Shown here one piece after another: positions 61,796-64,000 of a stretch of DNA of 64,000 nucleotides (within the stretch, counting starts at the first letter, position 1; each line of letters begins with the position of its first letter). The stretch covers positions 434,001 through 498,000 of the forward strand of contig JADEYG010000001.1 of NCBI GenBank assembly GCA_016906335.1, in the 5' to 3' direction. This DNA comes from Novakomyces olei (lineage: Eukaryota). The position numbers and the translations under genes are program-made. The notes under the pieces were generated by a model that worked only from the letters and a program-made list of their open reading frames with translations, was not told where the DNA came from and searched no databases.

Positions 61796-62253
61796 GTCAC
61801 CTGAAATTTTATTGGACGTGAGGCAGTCTTGAAATGTCAAAATATATTTTGATAATTACACAGCTATAAAAATTATTTTATTTATTTTATTTATTTTATT
61901 TTATTTTATTTTATTTTAATTTATTTCAATTTATTTATTTATTTGTATTTTAATATTAAACTATTTTGTAATTAAATATTCATACTAAATATTACCACTA
62001 GACTGAACCTGTGGCGAGAGTCGTGCCCGCTGGCCGAGCGCTCAAGAGCGGCAGACTGTCGAGCCAATTCCCATACTGCTTTGACCAAAATCGTAATTGG
62101 CGACTAATTTACATCTTATTGATTCTCATATTTGCTCTTTACCACTCTGTCCTCCAACCAAAGAATAGACATTAGATATTCAGTATTTAATATAGGTACC
62201 ACGTAGTCGTACACTTGCAACACCAGGCTGCGCGGTTGCGCGGTTGCGCGGCT

Positions 62254-64000
62254 ATGAAACAGCTCCTTTGGCTCATTTTTGCTCTGCTGAAATTTACAGC
62301 TGCCACTCAAGTTGGCAGCAGTATCCACTCTGCAGACGCGCAAAACGACGCCACCAGCTTTGCACGGTTTGAGCAGCGAAAAACGGTGCAGGCGCCAAAG
62401 CTGCAAGTCTCCAATGCAAGGCCAGAGCAGTCTCCGCAGTGCGCTACATTGGACACGGAAAAGCCCTCTGCCAGTGTGGGCGGCAATACAACTGTGTCCC
62501 GTCCAGAGCAGAATTCTGATATCGAACTTGGCTCAGTTTCTCGCGTGGCCTATAGCGAATCTGTCTCGCAAACCTGTCCTGAACCCGTATCCGTCGCCAA
62601 AGATCCTGCCAGTAGCACTGAAAGTGTACCTTTAAATAGCGGTTACGGTACCGCCTTTTCTACTCCGCTTCCTTCTCTGCCGGACTTGCTGTCGCCGACA
62701 GGTTCCCCGGCCTTGCCTTTACCGGAAACCTCGATGCACCAAACAGCTGAGCCTTTGCTGCCTTTATCCACTGCCTCTGATAGTGTATCAGACTCATTTA
62801 CTGGACCAGTCGACAAATCTTTATCTTTGTCTCCTTCTCCTTCTCCCTCTTCTTCCTCTCCTTCTCCCTCTTCTTCCTCTCCTTCTTCTCCTTCTCCTGC
62901 TACGAAAAGTTCGCTGAACGATACTGAGGGCTCAGGTACCTTGGCTAGTGATGATCAGCAGCCGTCGAAAGAGCAGGCTGACCTGGCTTCGCCTTCTTCA
63001 GAACACCCTGAAACTGCAAAGCCCTCTGAACCTGCAAAGCCCTCTGAACCTGCAAAGCCCTCTGAACCTGCAAAGCCCTCTGAACCTGCAAAGCCCTCTG
63101 AACCTGCAAAGCCCTCTGAACCTGCAGAGCCTTCCGAACCTGCAGAGCCTTTGGGCGAAGAAGCCACGGTTCAGGACAGCGACCGCTTCAATTACGCCTC
63201 CTTTGACTGTGCAGCTACAATTTTAAAGCATAATATTGAGGCTAAAGGCGCTAGCAATATCTTGTCTGAAGACCGTGATCGGTACATGCTGAACAAATGC
63301 GCTGCGGACAATCAGTTTTTCATTGTTGAGCTGTGTGCAGACATTTTGGTTGATACTCTCTATCTTGCAAACTATGAATTTTTTTCCTCTATATTCAAAG
63401 ACTTTCGTGTATCCGTTTCCGACAGGTACCCGGCAAAGGCATCGGCCTGGAAGGTTTTGGGTACGTTTACGGCTCAAAACATACGGCAATTACAACGTTT
63501 TAAAATTGAGAATCCTTTGATTTGGACAAAGTATCTGCGTATAGAGATACTTAGCCATTACGGCAACGAGTACTATTGCCCAGTCTCTGTATTGCGAGTC
63601 CATGGGACAAGCATGATTGAGGATATTCGGGATACAGACATTGCAGAGACTCAGACTACCGCGTCTCCTGATGACTCTTTTGTCTCTCTTACTAATCACA
63701 ACGCTAGTGATACACAATATTCGACAGACAGCCCAGTGCAATCTGGTCTGCCTGCAAACGGTTCTTCTAATGCAACACAGCCAGATGGATTCCTTTCAGC
63801 AAAGGAGCCCGAGACGAGTAAACGAGCACAGGATGTAATGAATCAAAAACTAGACACTAACAATACTGTGAAAGAGCCAGCACCAGAATCACCCTCCTCT
63901 GTGAAACAGCACCGGCCTCAGCAAGTTGAGTCAATGACCACACCTTTGGCTAATCCAACGACCCAAGAATCAATTTACAAGAGCATTATTAAACGTTTAG
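62254..64000 (+). CDS. SLP1: Mid-SUN domain protein Slp1/SUCO, truncated by the window end (not in the ORF track)
   Basis: Signal peptide MKQLLWLIFALLK; RFNYASFDCAATI; YMLNKC; LANYEFFSS.FK.F; YGNEYYCPVSVLRVHGTSM; TQESIYKSIIKRL. Confidence 0.9.
   Translation, partial: MKQLLWLIFALLKFTAATQVGSSIHSADAQNDATSFARFEQRKTVQAPKLQVSNARPEQSPQCATLDTEKPSASVGGNTTVSRPEQNSDIELGSVSRVAYSESVSQTCPEPVSVAKDPASSTESVPLNSGYGTAFSTPLPSLPDLLSPTGSPALPLPETSMHQTAEPLLPLSTASDSVSDSFTGPVDKSLSLSPSPSPSSSSPSPSSSSPSSPSPATKSSLNDTEGSGTLASDDQQPSKEQADLASPSSEHPETAKPSEPAKPSEPAKPSEPAKPSEPAKPSEPAKPSEPAEPSEPAEPLGEEATVQDSDRFNYASFDCAATILKHNIEAKGASNILSEDRDRYMLNKCAADNQFFIVELCADILVDTLYLANYEFFSSIFKDFRVSVSDRYPAKASAWKVLGTFTAQNIRQLQRFKIENPLIWTKYLRIEILSHYGNEYYCPVSVLRVHGTSMIEDIRDTDIAETQTTASPDDSFVSLTNHNASDTQYSTDSPVQSGLPANGSSNATQPDGFLSAKEPETSKRAQDVMNQKLDTNNTVKEPAPESPSSVKQHRPQQVESMTTPLANPTTQESIYKSIIKRL
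63010..63150 (+). repeat. 18-bp coding minisatellite, about 8 copies, encoding EPAKPS
   Basis: Unit gaacctgcaaagccctct repeated inside SLP1. Confidence 0.95.

Noticed and set aside
48741-61821. Many short ORFs overlapping MDN1
   Set aside because: Shadow frames of a long coding gene with no recognisable motifs
62948-63226. LQSPLN and GSEGFA repeat ORFs; possible CRISPR-like array
   Set aside because: Alternative frames of the SLP1 minisatellite; units are contiguous with no spacers

Overview
Gene-dense, intron-containing fungal (ascomycete yeast-like) genomic DNA in the standard code, with AT-rich introns and intergenic spacers. I resolve about 27 protein-coding genes, mostly housekeeping: an LRR protein, PEX12, ERG12, Gemin2, SSZ1, a JmjC protein, AFG1, an SDR, HOS3, PNC1, HTS1, MGS1, FPR1, TFIIIA, RPB12, SEC27, TAD2, RidA, an LrgAB-like transporter, MDN1 and partial SLP1. 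Exon structures were reconstructed by hand from GT/AG signals, branch points and reading frame. Most notable observations: (1) a putative amine gamma-glutamylation cluster at 30-40 kb (ALDH and SDR divergent pair, FAD oxidoreductase, GS-like ligase lacking ammonium-site residues) resembling bacterial GlnA4/PuuA pathways; (2) a uridine-kinase-like P-loop gene joined in frame to TAD2 through a 36-nt stop-containing intron; (3) a membrane-anchored protein that looks like a heme-less cytochrome P450 relic; (4) an LRRC58-like cullin adaptor; (5) recurrent telomere-like TAACCCT sites, often paired 10 bp apart, in promoters; (6) very short introns, frequent AAG acceptors and a GC-AG intron; (7) a candidate H/ACA snoRNA. 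No mobile elements, CRISPR arrays, rRNA or tRNA were recognised. All family assignments come from motif recognition, not database searches.
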